The translations under genes were made by a program, and so were the position numbers. 53,724 nt of DNA from Geopsychrobacteraceae bacterium. GTDB lineage: Bacteria > Desulfobacterota > Desulfuromonadia > Desulfuromonadales > Geopsychrobacteraceae. This document shows positions 40,155-50,696 of this stretch, piece by piece. Under the pieces are notes generated by a model. It saw nothing but the letters and a program-made list of their open reading frames with translations. It had not been told where the DNA came from and searched no databases. Numbering within the stretch: the first letter of the stretch is position 1; each line of letters starts with the position of its first letter. The stretch spans positions 1 through 53,724 of the forward strand of contig DASWJX010000283.1 of the NCBI GenBank assembly GCA_036396915.1. The letters run 5' to 3'.

Positions 40155-40270
40155 CGCAATCCCGGGACCATGCCGTCCGGCACTTTATTATCTGATTTTA
40201 ATCCAACCAAAAACGAACATAAGCTACCGGCATTACGCTTTTTTTAGAATTCTGATTGGCGTTTTTTAAC

Positions 40271-40299
40271 TTGACTGGTCGACAGAGCAGTGGTATTAA
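40271..40299 (+). promoter_or_regulatory. rpsT promoter
   Basis: TTGACT (40271-40276), a 17-nt spacer and TATTAA (40294-40299). Confidence 0.5.
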
Positions 40300-40359
40300 T
40301 CGCGCCGACCTGACGAAAATCCGAAAAACGGAACCTATACATCCCAAGGAGACAGCACA

Positions 40360-40623
40360 ATGGCCAATCACAAATCCGCAATCAAGCGCAACAAACAAAA
40401 TGCCACCCGCAACGCCCGCAACAACCATATCCGTTCAACCATGCGCACGCTGGTCAAGAATGTACGGGAGGCGGTTGCTGCCGGCGAAGCCGAGGCGGCG
40501 CAAACGGCGCTGGCAAAGGCGGTTCCCTACATCGACAAAACCGCAACCAAAGGTGTCATCCACAAGGCCACAGCCAGCCGTAAAATTTCGCGTCTGAGCA
40601 AGCTGGTCAACTCGCTGGCGTAG
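40360..40623 (+). CDS. rpsT: 30S ribosomal protein S20
   Basis: 87 aa: [21 protein letters not shown]... Confidence 0.96.
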   Translation: MANHKSAIKRNKQNATRNARNNHIRSTMRTLVKNVREAVAAGEAEAAQTALAKAVPYIDKTATKGVIHKATASRKISRLSKLVNSLA

Positions 40624-40646
40624 TCACCGGCGGCGACAAGCAATGT

Positions 40647-40678
40647 AAAAAGGGGCCGCCGACGGCCCCTTTTTTTTT
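40647..40678. terminator. Bidirectional terminator (rpsT / holA)
   Basis: AAAAAGGGGCCG-ccga-CGGCCCCTTTTTTTTT. Confidence 0.75.
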
Positions 40679-40695
40679 GACAAAGCGGCGCTGCT

Positions 40696-41694
40696 TCACC
40701 GCTGTTTCTGCGTCAATTTCAGCAACAGCGCCTCCAGCAACGAAGCGGGATCGGCGCCACTGGATTTCATGGCCAGATCCGTTTCGAGGAAGAACGCGAA
40801 CGCACAGCGGAAATCGATACTTGAAAAACGTTTGGCCTGCTGCAGCATTCCATCGATGAAAAACGGAGGCAATCCGACCAGGCCGGCCATCTCCCGGTTG
40901 CTCTTGCCCTTGACCTGCAATTCGCGCAGTTTCCAGAGCTGACGATAATGCCGCACCAGCAAAGAAAGAATCTTCAACGGTGCTTCGCCCTCGGTCAGCA
41001 GACTCTTGACCAAGGAAAAGGCCCGACCCGTCTCACCCCGGGCCACCGCATTGCCGATCTCAAAGACATTCTCGGAACGCGCGCTGCAGACAACGGCCTG
41101 CACGTCCGCTATGTCGATCAGCCGCTTCGCACCCAGATAGAGCTGCAGCTTGCTCAGTTCCGCTCGAACCTCCTGCAGATTGGTACCGACCAGCGAACAG
41201 AAAAGCGTCAGAGCATCTTCGGTGATGGCATAATTGTCGGCCGACAACTGCTCGCCGACAAATGCCGGCAACTGGTTTTCATACAGCGGCTTGAATTCGA
41301 CGACCTGCCCGCGTTTTTTGAACATCTGGAAAAATTTTCGACGACTGTCTATTTTTTCTCCGGTCAGCAGCAGGCAGGTTTCGGGAGCCGGATGCTGCAG
41401 ATAGTCCAGCAAACCATCCTGAACAGCGACCGGCAGCTGCTGGATGTTTTTCACCAGAACCAGGCGCCGGGGGGCAAAGACCGGAAGCGTGAGTGCCGTG
41501 GAGAGGATATCTTCGGCAAGGGCTTCCTTTGCCGAGAACTGGTGGTAATTGAAGTCCGCGGAGCCGTCGCCGAGCACGGCGGACTTGACCCGGCCGACGG
41601 CCTTCTCCACCAGATAAGCCTCCTGCCCGTAAATCAGCAGCAGTTCGGGAATCTGTTGTTGGCGCAGCGCACGCTCAAGTTCCGCGGGAGTCAT
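40696..41694 (-). CDS. holA: DNA polymerase III subunit delta
   Basis: 332 aa with an LLIYGQEAYL-type N-terminus, positioned after lptE as in leuS-lptE-holA. Confidence 0.85.
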   Translation of the reverse strand: MTPAELERALRQQQIPELLLIYGQEAYLVEKAVGRVKSAVLGDGSADFNYHQFSAKEALAEDILSTALTLPVFAPRRLVLVKNIQQLPVAVQDGLLDYLQHPAPETCLLLTGEKIDSRRKFFQMFKKRGQVVEFKPLYENQLPAFVGEQLSADNYAITEDALTLFCSLVGTNLQEVRAELSKLQLYLGAKRLIDIADVQAVVCSARSENVFEIGNAVARGETGRAFSLVKSLLTEGEAPLKILSLLVRHYRQLWKLRELQVKGKSNREMAGLVGLPPFFIDGMLQQAKRFSSIDFRCAFAFFLETDLAMKSSGADPASLLEALLLKLTQKQR

Positions 41695-41702
41695 GCGGCG
41701 AC

Positions 41703-42209
41703 CTAAAAATCGGCCAGCAGACGGAACAGAAATTCCTCCGCCAGGCGGCGTTCAACTTCCCGGATCGCGGCATCTTCCAGGTCGGTCTGTACCGATTTGT
41801 CGGTATCTGTCAGGTACGGCTCCTGCCAGTCCAGTCGCTGCTGCCAGAGTAATTTGCCGTCGGCAGTCCGCCGCAGCTTTATGTCGACCGCCATCCGGGC
41901 ACCATATTCCCGGATGGCGTCGTTCTGACCGTAGGAGAGCGCCGCGCTGCCGTACGAGAGGATGGTCCCTTCGACGACCGTATCAGCCTGCGCCTGATCC
42001 GCGACCAGCCGGATCGAAGCGACCCGGCTCAAAACCTCGGCAACGGCATCGGTCAAGCTGTTTTCCAGGCGCGGCTTCAGGGTCCGGTTGGTAAACAGCG
42101 GCAGATAGATAGCCTTGACTCCGTCCGGCAGCTCCCCGCCCCGCCCGGGAACCTGATAACCGCAGCCGGCACAGGCCAGCAGCAGCAGCATCGCCAGCAG
42201 CCGTTTCAT
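41703..42209 (-). CDS. lptE: LPS-assembly lipoprotein LptE
   Basis: Lipobox LLACAGCGY. 168 aa. The start overlaps the leuS stop as ATGA. Confidence 0.8.
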   Translation of the reverse strand: MKRLLAMLLLLACAGCGYQVPGRGGELPDGVKAIYLPLFTNRTLKPRLENSLTDAVAEVLSRVASIRLVADQAQADTVVEGTILSYGSAALSYGQNDAIREYGARMAVDIKLRRTADGKLLWQQRLDWQEPYLTDTDKSVQTDLEDAAIREVERRLAEEFLFRLLADF

Positions 42210-44764
42210 CCGGAGACCACAATATTCACCAGCCGGCCCGGTACGCAGATCACTTTGCGAATCTGTTTTCCCTCGGTGAACCGTTGGACATTGGCATCCG
42301 CCAGTGCCGCGGCTTCAAGCGTCTGGTTATCCGCGTGCGCGGCAACGGAAACCTTACCGCGCACCTTGCCGTTGACCTGAACCACCAGGGTGAGCTCACT
42401 GGTCTTCAGGGCGGCCTCATCCCAGGTCGGCCAACCGGGAGCTTCAACGCCGGCCTGATGGCCAAGCGTTTCCCAAAGCTCCTCGCAGAGGTGCGGGACA
42501 AAGGGGGCCAGCAGGCGCACGACCGTTTCCAGCGCCTCGCGCAGCACCGGAGCGTCCTGCTCGCCGGGTTGAAAGGCATAGACGGCATTGACCAGTTCCA
42601 TCACCGAGGCGATTGCGGTATTGAAGTGGAAGCGCCCGTCGATATCTTCGCTGACCTTTTTAATGGTCTGGTGGGTTTTTCTTCTGAGATCGGCAGCAGC
42701 CCCCTCAACCGGACCCAACGGGCCGCAGCCGCTGATCAGCTCAAGGTTATCGCCGACCGCTCTCCAGATTCTGCCGAGGAAACGGGAACAGCCTTCGACC
42801 CCCTGTTCGTTCCACTCCAGGTCCTTCTCGGGGGGAGCGGCAAACAGGGAGAAAAGCCGCGCCGTGTCCGCACCGTAGCGGTCGATCAACAGGTTCGGAT
42901 CGACCACGTTCTTCTTCGACTTGCTCATTTTCTCGGTGCGACCGAATTCAACAGCGGCGCCGCACTCGCTGCAGGTGCTGTCCTTGACCTGTTCGGGATA
43001 CAACCAGCCATGTTCCGGGCAACGCTGGGTCTCCATACAGACCATCCCCTGGGTCAGCAGGTTGGTAAAGGGTTCATCGACGTCCAAAAGGCCCAGATCG
43101 CGCAATACCTTGGTGAAAAAGCGGGCATAGAGCAGATGCATTACGGCATGCTCGATGCCGCCGATATACTGGTCGACCGGCAGCCAGTGATTGACGGCAT
43201 GCCGATCCAGCGGTCCCGCGGAATAGTCCGGGCAGGCATAGCGGGCGAAATACCAGGAACTCTCGACGAAGGTATCGAAGGTATCGCTTTCCCGCCGGGC
43301 CGGCTTGCCGCAGCCGGGACAAGCGACGGCCAGAAATGCCTGATGGCGAGCCAGCGGGCTGCCCCCCTCTCCGGTCAGTTCGACATCTTCCGGCAGCAGC
43401 ACCGGAAGATCCCGTTCGGGAACCGGCAGCGCACCGCAGTCGTCGCAGTAAATGATCGGAATCGGTGTTCCCCAGTAGCGCTGCCGGGAAACCCCCCAGT
43501 CCCGCAGACGATAATTGATCGTCTTGCGTCCTTCCTGACGTTGATCCAGATAGGCGGCGATGTTCTCTTTGGCGGTGTCGTTATCGATGCCGTCGAACGC
43601 TCCGGAATTGACCAGCAGTCCTTGGCCCGTCCAGGCTTCCGGCATCTGTTCGGGGTGGAAGGTTTCCCCTTGCGGCTGGATGACAACCCGGATCGGCAAA
43701 CTGTATTTTCGGGCAAATTCGAAATCACGCTGGTCATGCGCCGGCACCGCCATCACCGCGCCGGTGCCATACTCCATCAAAACGAAATTGGCCAGGAAGA
43801 TCGGAATCCGGTCACCGGTCGCCGGGTTGCTGCTGTACGATCCGGTAAACACTCCCAGCTTTTCAAGGTCGCCGCTGGTCCTCGCCAGCTTGTCCTGGCT
43901 GGCAACGGTCTGCAGGAAAGAATCCACCTTTGCCCGCTGTGCCGGTGTCACCAGGGCGGAAACCATCGGGTGCTCGGGCGCAAGGCTCATAAAGGTCGCG
44001 CCGAACAGGGTGTCGGGTCGCGTGGTGAACACCTTGAGCGTTGCATCGCTGTCGAGCACGGGAAATTCTATTTCGCAACCGTAGCTCCTGCCGATCCAGT
44101 TTCGCTGCATCGCCAGAACCCGCTCCGGCCAGCCGGTCAGTTGCTCGGTTCCGTCCAGCAGTTCGTCGGCATAGTCGGTGATCTTGAAAAACCACTGCTC
44201 AAGCTCTTTGGCCTCCACCAGGTTATTGCAGCGCCAGCAACACCCCTCTTCCACCTGTTCGTTGGCCAGAACCGTCCGACAATCGGGGCACCAGTTGACC
44301 GAGGAGCTCTTCTTGTAGGCAAGACCCTTTTCCAGCATCTTCAGGAAGATGAACTGTTCCCAGTGTGAATATTCCGCATCGCAGGTGGCAAATTCCCGTT
44401 GCCAGTCATAGGAGAGCCCCAGACGCTTGAGCTGCGCGCGCATGCTGTCGATATTTTCATAGGTCCATTTGCCGGGATGGGTGCCATGCTCGATCGCCGC
44501 GTTCTCCGCCGGCATGCCGAACGCGTCCCAGCCCATCGGATGCAGAACGTTGTAACCGCGCATGCGTTTATAGCGGGCAACGACATCGCCGATGGCATAG
44601 TTGCGCACATGACCCATATGGATTCTGCCGGACGGATAGGGAAACATTTCCAGCAGGTAATACTTTTCCCTGGAGACGTCCTCGGTTGCCCGGAAGCTCT
44701 GCCGTTGCTGCCAAGCCTGCTGCCACTTCTGTTCTATGTGACCTGGGGCGTATTGCTTTTCCAT
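42206..44764 (-). CDS. leuS: Leucine--tRNA ligase
   Basis: 852 aa with HMGH ([15 protein letters not shown]) and KMSKS motifs and a CP1 editing domain. Confidence 0.97.
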   Translation of the reverse strand: MEKQYAPGHIEQKWQQAWQQRQSFRATEDVSREKYYLLEMFPYPSGRIHMGHVRNYAIGDVVARYKRMRGYNVLHPMGWDAFGMPAENAAIEHGTHPGKWTYENIDSMRAQLKRLGLSYDWQREFATCDAEYSHWEQFIFLKMLEKGLAYKKSSSVNWCPDCRTVLANEQVEEGCCWRCNNLVEAKELEQWFFKITDYADELLDGTEQLTGWPERVLAMQRNWIGRSYGCEIEFPVLDSDATLKVFTTRPDTLFGATFMSLAPEHPMVSALVTPAQRAKVDSFLQTVASQDKLARTSGDLEKLGVFTGSYSSNPATGDRIPIFLANFVLMEYGTGAVMAVPAHDQRDFEFARKYSLPIRVVIQPQGETFHPEQMPEAWTGQGLLVNSGAFDGIDNDTAKENIAAYLDQRQEGRKTINYRLRDWGVSRQRYWGTPIPIIYCDDCGALPVPERDLPVLLPEDVELTGEGGSPLARHQAFLAVACPGCGKPARRESDTFDTFVESSWYFARYACPDYSAGPLDRHAVNHWLPVDQYIGGIEHAVMHLLYARFFTKVLRDLGLLDVDEPFTNLLTQGMVCMETQRCPEHGWLYPEQVKDSTCSECGAAVEFGRTEKMSKSKKNVVDPNLLIDRYGADTARLFSLFAAPPEKDLEWNEQGVEGCSRFLGRIWRAVGDNLELISGCGPLGPVEGAAADLRRKTHQTIKKVSEDIDGRFHFNTAIASVMELVNAVYAFQPGEQDAPVLREALETVVRLLAPFVPHLCEELWETLGHQAGVEAPGWPTWDEAALKTSELTLVVQVNGKVRGKVSVAAHADNQTLEAAALADANVQRFTEGKQIRKVICVPGRLVNIVVSG

Positions 44765-44944
44765 AAAACCTCCGTAGCGAGAGCTGTCGCTACTTTTCCC
44801 GTAACCGCGCTGAACGGGACATATAACACGAATACCGGCACAAGCCGGTATCGGATATCTCTGCTGAAATCAAAGCAGACCCTGCGAGCGGGGCCTGCCT
44901 GAGAACTGTCGTCTGCTGCACTTCTGTCGGTAACCGCTTTCGCC

Positions 44945-45163
44945 CTATTTCGCGCGATAGGTGATGCGCCCGCGGGTCAGATCGTAGGGAGAAAGTTCTA
45001 CAGTAACACGGTCACCGGGCAGGATCCGAATGTAATATTTACGCATCTTTCCCGAAATGTGGGCAAGCACCACATGGTCATTGTCCAGCTTGACCCTGAA
45101 CATTGCATTGGGCAACGGCTCAACGACAACGCCTTCTACTTCGATTGCTTCTTCCTTAGCCAA
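44945..45163 (-). CDS. infA: Translation initiation factor IF-1 (TTG start)
   Basis: 72 aa: (M)[41 protein letters not shown].... The start codon is TTG, 5 nt after GGAGG. Confidence 0.95.
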   Translation of the reverse strand: MAKEEAIEVEGVVVEPLPNAMFRVKLDNDHVVLAHISGKMRKYYIRILPGDRVTVELSPYDLTRGRITYRAK

Positions 45164-45218
45164 AAGTTCCTCCTGAACCCATACCTGAAAACAACTGTTG
45201 ATTGGTCTGAAAATCGAC

Positions 45219-45246
45219 TTATTACACGTTCACACCGGGCTGTCAA
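45219..45246 (-). promoter_or_regulatory. infA promoter
   Basis: Minus strand has TTGACA (45246-45241), a 16-nt spacer and TAATAA (45224-45219). Confidence 0.4.
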
Positions 45247-45273
45247 GCACGGCGCAATCAGGGTTTTCGTAGC

Positions 45274-45654
45274 CTAGCCGGAAACATCAAGCAGCCGGCG
45301 AACGACCTCGATAATCTTTGCCGTCTGGATCGGCTTGGTAATATATTCGTTCGCCCCCAGAGCCAGCGCACGGTCCCGGTCCTCCTGAGCGCCTTCGGTG
45401 GTGATAACCACAACCGGAACATCTTTGTACTGCGGATCGTTCCGGATCAGACTGACCAGCTTCAAGCCGTCCATGATCGGCATATTGATGTCGGTCAGGA
45501 TCAGCTCGAATTTTTCCGCGGACAACTTTTTCAAGCCGCCGACGCCGTCGTTCGCCTCGACGATCTGCAAGCCGCGGATGCGCTTCAGGGCGAAGACGAT
45601 AAGTTGTCTCATCGTCGGTGAATCTTCAACCACCAGTACTTTCATATTTGCCAT
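45274..45654 (-). CDS. cheY: CheY-like single-domain response regulator
   Basis: Receiver residues are present: VVEDS, ILTDINMP, VVITTEG, YITKP. ATG 45654 lies 9 nt after GGAGG. The ORF is open to 45663. Confidence 0.88.
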   Translation of the reverse strand: MANMKVLVVEDSPTMRQLIVFALKRIRGLQIVEANDGVGGLKKLSAEKFELILTDINMPIMDGLKLVSLIRNDPQYKDVPVVVITTEGAQEDRDRALALGANEYITKPIQTAKIIEVVRRLLDVSG

Positions 45655-45697
45655 AAACAACATCCCTCCTGACGATCAGGCGGCTCGATTAACAATC

Positions 45698-46519
45698 TCA
45701 GCCAAGAGTCTTTGCCATCCGGACAAAAAAACTGTCATGAAACACCGGACGGCTTCCTCGTTCAAGATGCAGCATGGCGGTAAAGATCGCCGTTGCCGCA
45801 TGAGCACCGAGCAGATTGAACAGTTCCTCGTCGATATCGGAAAAGCTCTCTTTCTGCTGTAACAATTTGTAGATATTGATCACCCCGATGACATCCGGCC
45901 CGACCACCAGGGGGATGACCGCCGACGGTGCGGAAAAAACGTCCGCCGAGCCCTCCGGTTTGAGCAGGCGCCGCTCACCGGTCTGCACGATGGTGCCGAT
46001 CACCCCCTCGCCGACCCGTACCGAAGCAACCAGGTTCGGGTCGGCGCCCTCGACCACCAGGGGGCGCAGCTGCTGTCGCGTCTCATCGAGCAGCATGATG
46101 GAAAACTGCTCGACACCGACCAGATTGAGCAAGATCTCCTGTATGATCCGAATGATTTCACTGATGTCCAGAGTCGAGTGCAGCTGATACGAGGAAATGT
46201 ACAGGTTGGCCAGCAGGTTGTTTTCCGCCTCGATTTCACTGTAGCGGTTATCGTAATCCTGGTTTTCCTGCTCAATCGCCTTGATGCGGTCAAGGATTTC
46301 CCGCTTTTCGGATTCCAGGACAGTGATGCGATCCTGCAAATGGTCGAGGTCGCGACCCGGCCCGGTCTGGCCTGCTGACTGCTCAAGCTTCAGAACCTGA
46401 TAGCGCAGACGTTCATTCTCCTTGAGCAGATCCTGAGTAAATTCAGCGCCCCTCTTGAACACCTGAAGAAATTCTTCAGCCCGCTGAGTCGCACCTGTGG
46501 TTTCATCGCGTTCGGACAT
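45698..46519 (-). CDS. Coiled-coil / GAF-domain protein
   Basis: 273 aa. The N-terminal ~110 aa are heptad-rich (ENERLRYQVLKLEQ, ITVLESEKREILDRIKAIEQENQDY). The C-terminal ~150 aa are GAF-like (IIQEILLNLVGVEQFSIMLLDE...GEGVIGTIVQTGE...PLVVGPDVIGVINIY). Confidence 0.65.
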   Translation of the reverse strand: MSERDETTGATQRAEEFLQVFKRGAEFTQDLLKENERLRYQVLKLEQSAGQTGPGRDLDHLQDRITVLESEKREILDRIKAIEQENQDYDNRYSEIEAENNLLANLYISSYQLHSTLDISEIIRIIQEILLNLVGVEQFSIMLLDETRQQLRPLVVEGADPNLVASVRVGEGVIGTIVQTGERRLLKPEGSADVFSAPSAVIPLVVGPDVIGVINIYKLLQQKESFSDIDEELFNLLGAHAATAIFTAMLHLERGSRPVFHDSFFVRMAKTLG

Positions 46520-46660
46520 TATGACCTCATGCAGGCTGCTGCTCGACCTGCGGCATGGAAAAACGGAACCATTCAGCCAGCCATTAAAAAAAACTGCGCC
46601 ATCCTAGCAGGAGACTGTAAAAATTTCCAGCCTCGAAGCAACGACCGGGCAAATCTTTGC

Positions 46661-47707
46661 TTATTCCAGGCGGCAGCGCTCGAGAATGCCCTGCCACATC
46701 CCGGCCAAAGGCAAAACCTTTTCAACCATCCCGGTCGCGACCGCCTCTTTCGGCATCCCGTAAATGCTGCAACTCTCTTCGGCTTCGGAGAGAATTCTTC
46801 CGCCGTAAGCGCAGACGTTGCGGACCCCGGAGCTGCCGTCGTTGCCCATCCCCGTCAAGACCACAGCGAGGAGGTTGCGGGTATAAACAGCCGCTGCCGA
46901 GCGGAACAGCACATCGACCGACGGCGTATAGATCTGTTCCGGCGGGGGGCTGACGACGTGCACCACAACCCCGTCCGGCCGCCTCTGGAATTCAAGGTTG
47001 CGGCCTCCGGGGCAGATCAGTACCTGACCGGGCAACATCCGGTCGCCTTCGCAGGCTTCGCGAATCTCCAGCAGGGAATTCTCGTTGAGACGGGCGGCCA
47101 GGGAACGGGTGAAGCCGGGAGGCATATGCTGGGCAACGGCAAAGGCGACCGGGAGCTTCTCGCGGGCCGAAGCGAACAGTTGCTGCAGGGCCGGCGGTCC
47201 GCCGGTGGAGGCTCCGATCACCACCGCTGCCGCCGAATGATCGGACGCATCCGATCGCTGCGGCAGGGTCTCGGCAACCGTTTCCGCGGCAACGTGCTGC
47301 GGCACCATCTCACGCTGCGCCACGGCACGGACCTTCAGCTCCAGATCCTTCTCGATCGAATAGAGTTCTGGACTGACCGGCCGTCCCGGCTTGGCGACAA
47401 AATCGACGGCCCCCAGTTCCAGGGCTTTGAGGACATGGTGATCTTCGGAAAAAGAGGAGACGATGATGACCGGCGTCGGCATGCTCTGCATGATAATCCG
47501 CAGCATTCTGATTCCGCCCATGCCGGGCATCTGCAGATCCAGAGTGACCAGATCCGGCTTCAGATCGACCAGTTTGCGCAGACCCTCTTCGCCGCCCGAC
47601 GCATAACCGGCGACTTCGACGCCCTCCATACCTTCGAGCATTTTCCCGATGGTCACCCGGCTGAAGGCGGAATCGTCAACCACCAGAACCCGAATGGAGC
47701 TAGCCAC
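46661..47707 (-). CDS. cheB: Chemotaxis response regulator protein-glutamate methylesterase
   Basis: REC domain (VLVVDDS, VTLDLQMP, FVAKP) plus a methylesterase domain (GASTGGPPAL, HMPPGFT, LTGMGNDG). Confidence 0.93.
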   Translation of the reverse strand: MASSIRVLVVDDSAFSRVTIGKMLEGMEGVEVAGYASGGEEGLRKLVDLKPDLVTLDLQMPGMGGIRMLRIIMQSMPTPVIIVSSFSEDHHVLKALELGAVDFVAKPGRPVSPELYSIEKDLELKVRAVAQREMVPQHVAAETVAETLPQRSDASDHSAAAVVIGASTGGPPALQQLFASAREKLPVAFAVAQHMPPGFTRSLAARLNENSLLEIREACEGDRMLPGQVLICPGGRNLEFQRRPDGVVVHVVSPPPEQIYTPSVDVLFRSAAAVYTRNLLAVVLTGMGNDGSSGVRNVCAYGGRILSEAEESCSIYGMPKEAVATGMVEKVLPLAGMWQGILERCRLE

Positions 47708-48584
47708 GTCCGCCTCCGTGCGCCGGAATCGGCCGCTGATAGACCATGTCGTGAATAAAGTGGCGTAACTCGAAGTCCGTGCTGATGTTCATCAGGGATT
47801 CGGAATGTCCCAACAGCAGAAAACCGCCCGGTGCCAATCGGTCGCGCAGGTTGGCAATCACCATCCGCTTGGAATCGAGATCGAAGTAGATGATGACGTT
47901 GCGGCAGAAAACCAGATCGACCGCTCCCAGCAGGGCAACCCGACGGCTGTCGAAGAGGTTCAAATGACTGATCGAAACCAGCTGTTTGACCCGGTCGTCG
48001 ATTTTCCACTTCCCCTCGTTATCGGTACAGGGATGAAAATATTTCTGCAGGAAATAATCGTCCGTGACCCGAAAAGAGTTGGAACCGTACAGGCCGTGCC
48101 TGGCCTTGGCCAGGACTTCCTGACTGATATCGGTGCCGAAGACATTGAGGTTCCAGCCGCTCAGCTCGGGACGTTCCAGCAGCAACATGGCAACCGTATA
48201 GGGTTCCTCGCCGCTGGAACAGCCCGCACTCCAGATCCGCAGACTGCGATCACCCCGCCGTCTTTTTTCTTCGCAGAGTTCTGGAATGATCTCCTCGGTA
48301 AAGGTCTTAAGCTGGAAATCTTCACGAAAGAAGTAGGTTTCGTTGGTCGTCAGCAGATCGATAACGGCCGCAAGCTCCTGATCCTTTTCGCGGCCGTAGC
48401 GGAGCAGATAATAATAATCCCGGAAGTTGGACAGGCGATGCTGACTGAGCCGCTTATTCAGCCGTTTTTCAAGCAGGTATTTGGCATCAAGATCGAAGTG
48501 CAGGCCGCAATACTGATAGACGAAATCGCGCAGCAAGCGAAATTCCTCTTCATCCATCGGTATATCGGCTTTAAAAACAAACAT
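47700..48584 (-). CDS. cheR: Chemotaxis protein methyltransferase CheR
   Basis: Contains F..LRDFVYQYCGLHF, and the SAM site IWSAGCSSGEEPYTVAMLL...FGTDIS. It overlaps cheB by 8 nt. Confidence 0.92.
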   Translation of the reverse strand: MFVFKADIPMDEEEFRLLRDFVYQYCGLHFDLDAKYLLEKRLNKRLSQHRLSNFRDYYYLLRYGREKDQELAAVIDLLTTNETYFFREDFQLKTFTEEIIPELCEEKRRRGDRSLRIWSAGCSSGEEPYTVAMLLLERPELSGWNLNVFGTDISQEVLAKARHGLYGSNSFRVTDDYFLQKYFHPCTDNEGKWKIDDRVKQLVSISHLNLFDSRRVALLGAVDLVFCRNVIIYFDLDSKRMVIANLRDRLAPGGFLLLGHSESLMNISTDFELRHFIHDMVYQRPIPAHGGGRG

Positions 48585-48591
48585 GACCCGC

Positions 48592-50601
48592 TCAGCTCCC
48601 TGACCGCTGCAACTGAATCAATGTCTCTTGCAGCGCCTGACGGAGCAAAGCATCCTTCTCGACCGGTAACCGCTGCTCAATAAGCCGGCAACATGCTTCC
48701 CCGCACAGCCTGGCCATGACCTGCAGCGCATGAAGGCGCACATCCCGCTGCGGATGGGTAAACAGCTCGAGACCGTGGGCTTGCAGACAATCGCACCCGC
48801 CGTCGCGGGCCAGCAGATCGATCGCCGCCTTGACCACCTCCTCGTCCGGATGGCTCAAGGCTTTTTCGATGCGGGACCGGGCGGCATCGGCAGCCCTGGC
48901 CCGCAAGGTTTCCAGGGCGGCAATCACGACCAGGCCGACCGGGTCGTTTGCCGCCTGCAGGAGCAGCGGCTCAGCTTGCGGGTCGGAAATATCGGTCAGT
49001 GCGCGAACCGCCGCGGCACGCACCCAGGGGTCCTGGTCATCGACAGCCAGAGCCAGCGCCGGCAAGGCCTGCTCTGCCGGGCAGGTGCCAAGAGCGGCGG
49101 CGGAAAGCCGCCGCACATCGGCAACTTCATCCGTCAGCGCCAGGGTCAAAGCCTCGCTGTACTCTTGCGCCCCGCATCCACGCAGAGCCTTGATCGCTTC
49201 GCAGCGAACCTCCGCGGCCGGATCCTTCAACGCCATCAGCAACGCCGACGCGACGCGCGGCCGATCGGCCGAAGCGAGGACGCGGACGGCGCGCATGCGC
49301 ACCGCTGCATCCGGCAGGACCAACAGCGGGGTCACCGCCGCGGCAACGGCCTCAAAACTCTGCCGGTCAAACCGTGCCAGAGCGCTTGCGGCGGCATCGC
49401 AGATATCGGGACTTTCATCCTTGAGCAGCTCCACCAGGGGAGCAATCGCCTTGCGATGACCGATTTTCCCCAGGGTGACCGCCGCCGCATAACGGTGCTG
49501 AGGATCGCGAGAGTGCAGAGCATCCAGCGCCGGTTGCAGGCCTGCAACATGACCCAGTTCACCGGCCAGATAGATCAGGCAGAGCTCGGTCATCGGTGCA
49601 GGGTCCCGCTCCGCGTCCAGCAGTTGGGCAAAGAATCGCTCATGCTGGGCGCGAAAGGCGGCGACGATCTCTTCGCGTAATTGCTCGTCCTCCAGCAGCG
49701 GCAGCAGGGACCGGGCCGCCTTGTGCCCGCCGCTCAGAGCCAGAAGGCGGATCGCTGCCCGCTGCGTCTCGACGGAAGGTCCATGCAGCTGCTCGATCAG
49801 GCGTTCCGTCAGATCGTCCGGGACATCATGCAGCGCGTCCTTCACCGCCTCCGGAAGCGACCCGGCCAATCGGCCGAGTGAACGGAGCGAGGTTTCCCTG
49901 ACCTTGCGCAGCGGATCGGTCAAGCCCTCGACCAGATACGGCAAGACCTCCACGCCGCCGAGCCGGCCGAAACAGTCCAGCAGTGCCTTGCGCAGCACCC
50001 GGTCGTTCAGAAAACGGCTCAAGCGAGCGATCGAAACGTCCTTGCCGATCGCTGACAGGGCCTCAAGAATGGTAAACCTGAGCCCGGTGTCCGCGTCGTC
50101 CATCAGATCGAGAAGGGGTTGTGCCGCGCTCTCCAGCGCCAGCTTGCCGAGGGTCTCAACGGCAGCGTAACGGACATTGATCTCCTCATCGGTCAAGGCG
50201 CTCAGCACGCCTTGCGCACAGCCGGGCCCGCCGATCTCGCCGAGGATATCGATGGCAAACTTGCGCACCTCCGGATCGGGGCAGGTGATTTCGGCGGTCA
50301 GGGCGGGAACGGCAAGCGAGCCGAGACTGACCAGAATTTCGATGGCGGAATTGCGCAGACCGGCATTTTCAGCATCGTGGAGCAGCTCGATGATGTCGGC
50401 CGTGAAAGACTGAACATCCGTAAGGGCGAGGAAGATCCTGACCGCCTCTTTACGAACCCGCCAATCCTGATCGCCGAAGGCCTGAACATAGAGCGCCACG
50501 GGAACCGGCCGCAGCCCGGACAGCAGCCGCACCGCCTGCAGACGATCCTCGACCGCGGAGGCATTGAGCAGACGGCTACTCTCCAATAACGTGTCATCCA
50601 T
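48592..50601 (-). CDS. HEAT-repeat (PBS-lyase type) protein, ~670 aa
   Basis: At least 15 recurrences of D(P)xxVRxxAxxALG-type units (DWRVRKEAV, DPEVRKFAIDILG, INVRYAAVETLG, DPWVRAAAVRAL, DEEVVKAAIDLL, ...). ATG 50601 is preferred; the ORF maximum at 50646 starts with TTG. Confidence 0.8.
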   Translation of the reverse strand: MDDTLLESSRLLNASAVEDRLQAVRLLSGLRPVPVALYVQAFGDQDWRVRKEAVRIFLALTDVQSFTADIIELLHDAENAGLRNSAIEILVSLGSLAVPALTAEITCPDPEVRKFAIDILGEIGGPGCAQGVLSALTDEEINVRYAAVETLGKLALESAAQPLLDLMDDADTGLRFTILEALSAIGKDVSIARLSRFLNDRVLRKALLDCFGRLGGVEVLPYLVEGLTDPLRKVRETSLRSLGRLAGSLPEAVKDALHDVPDDLTERLIEQLHGPSVETQRAAIRLLALSGGHKAARSLLPLLEDEQLREEIVAAFRAQHERFFAQLLDAERDPAPMTELCLIYLAGELGHVAGLQPALDALHSRDPQHRYAAAVTLGKIGHRKAIAPLVELLKDESPDICDAAASALARFDRQSFEAVAAAVTPLLVLPDAAVRMRAVRVLASADRPRVASALLMALKDPAAEVRCEAIKALRGCGAQEYSEALTLALTDEVADVRRLSAAALGTCPAEQALPALALAVDDQDPWVRAAAVRALTDISDPQAEPLLLQAANDPVGLVVIAALETLRARAADAARSRIEKALSHPDEEVVKAAIDLLARDGGCDCLQAHGLELFTHPQRDVRLHALQVMARLCGEACCRLIEQRLPVEKDALLRQALQETLIQLQRSGS

Positions 50602-50696
50602 AGTGATCGTTCCAAAAACAGAGGCAAACAACGGAAAGGGTTGCAAAATGCCCGGTCAGCACCGGAAGCGGCGGCAGGAGCTTGGAGTCTGTCAGA

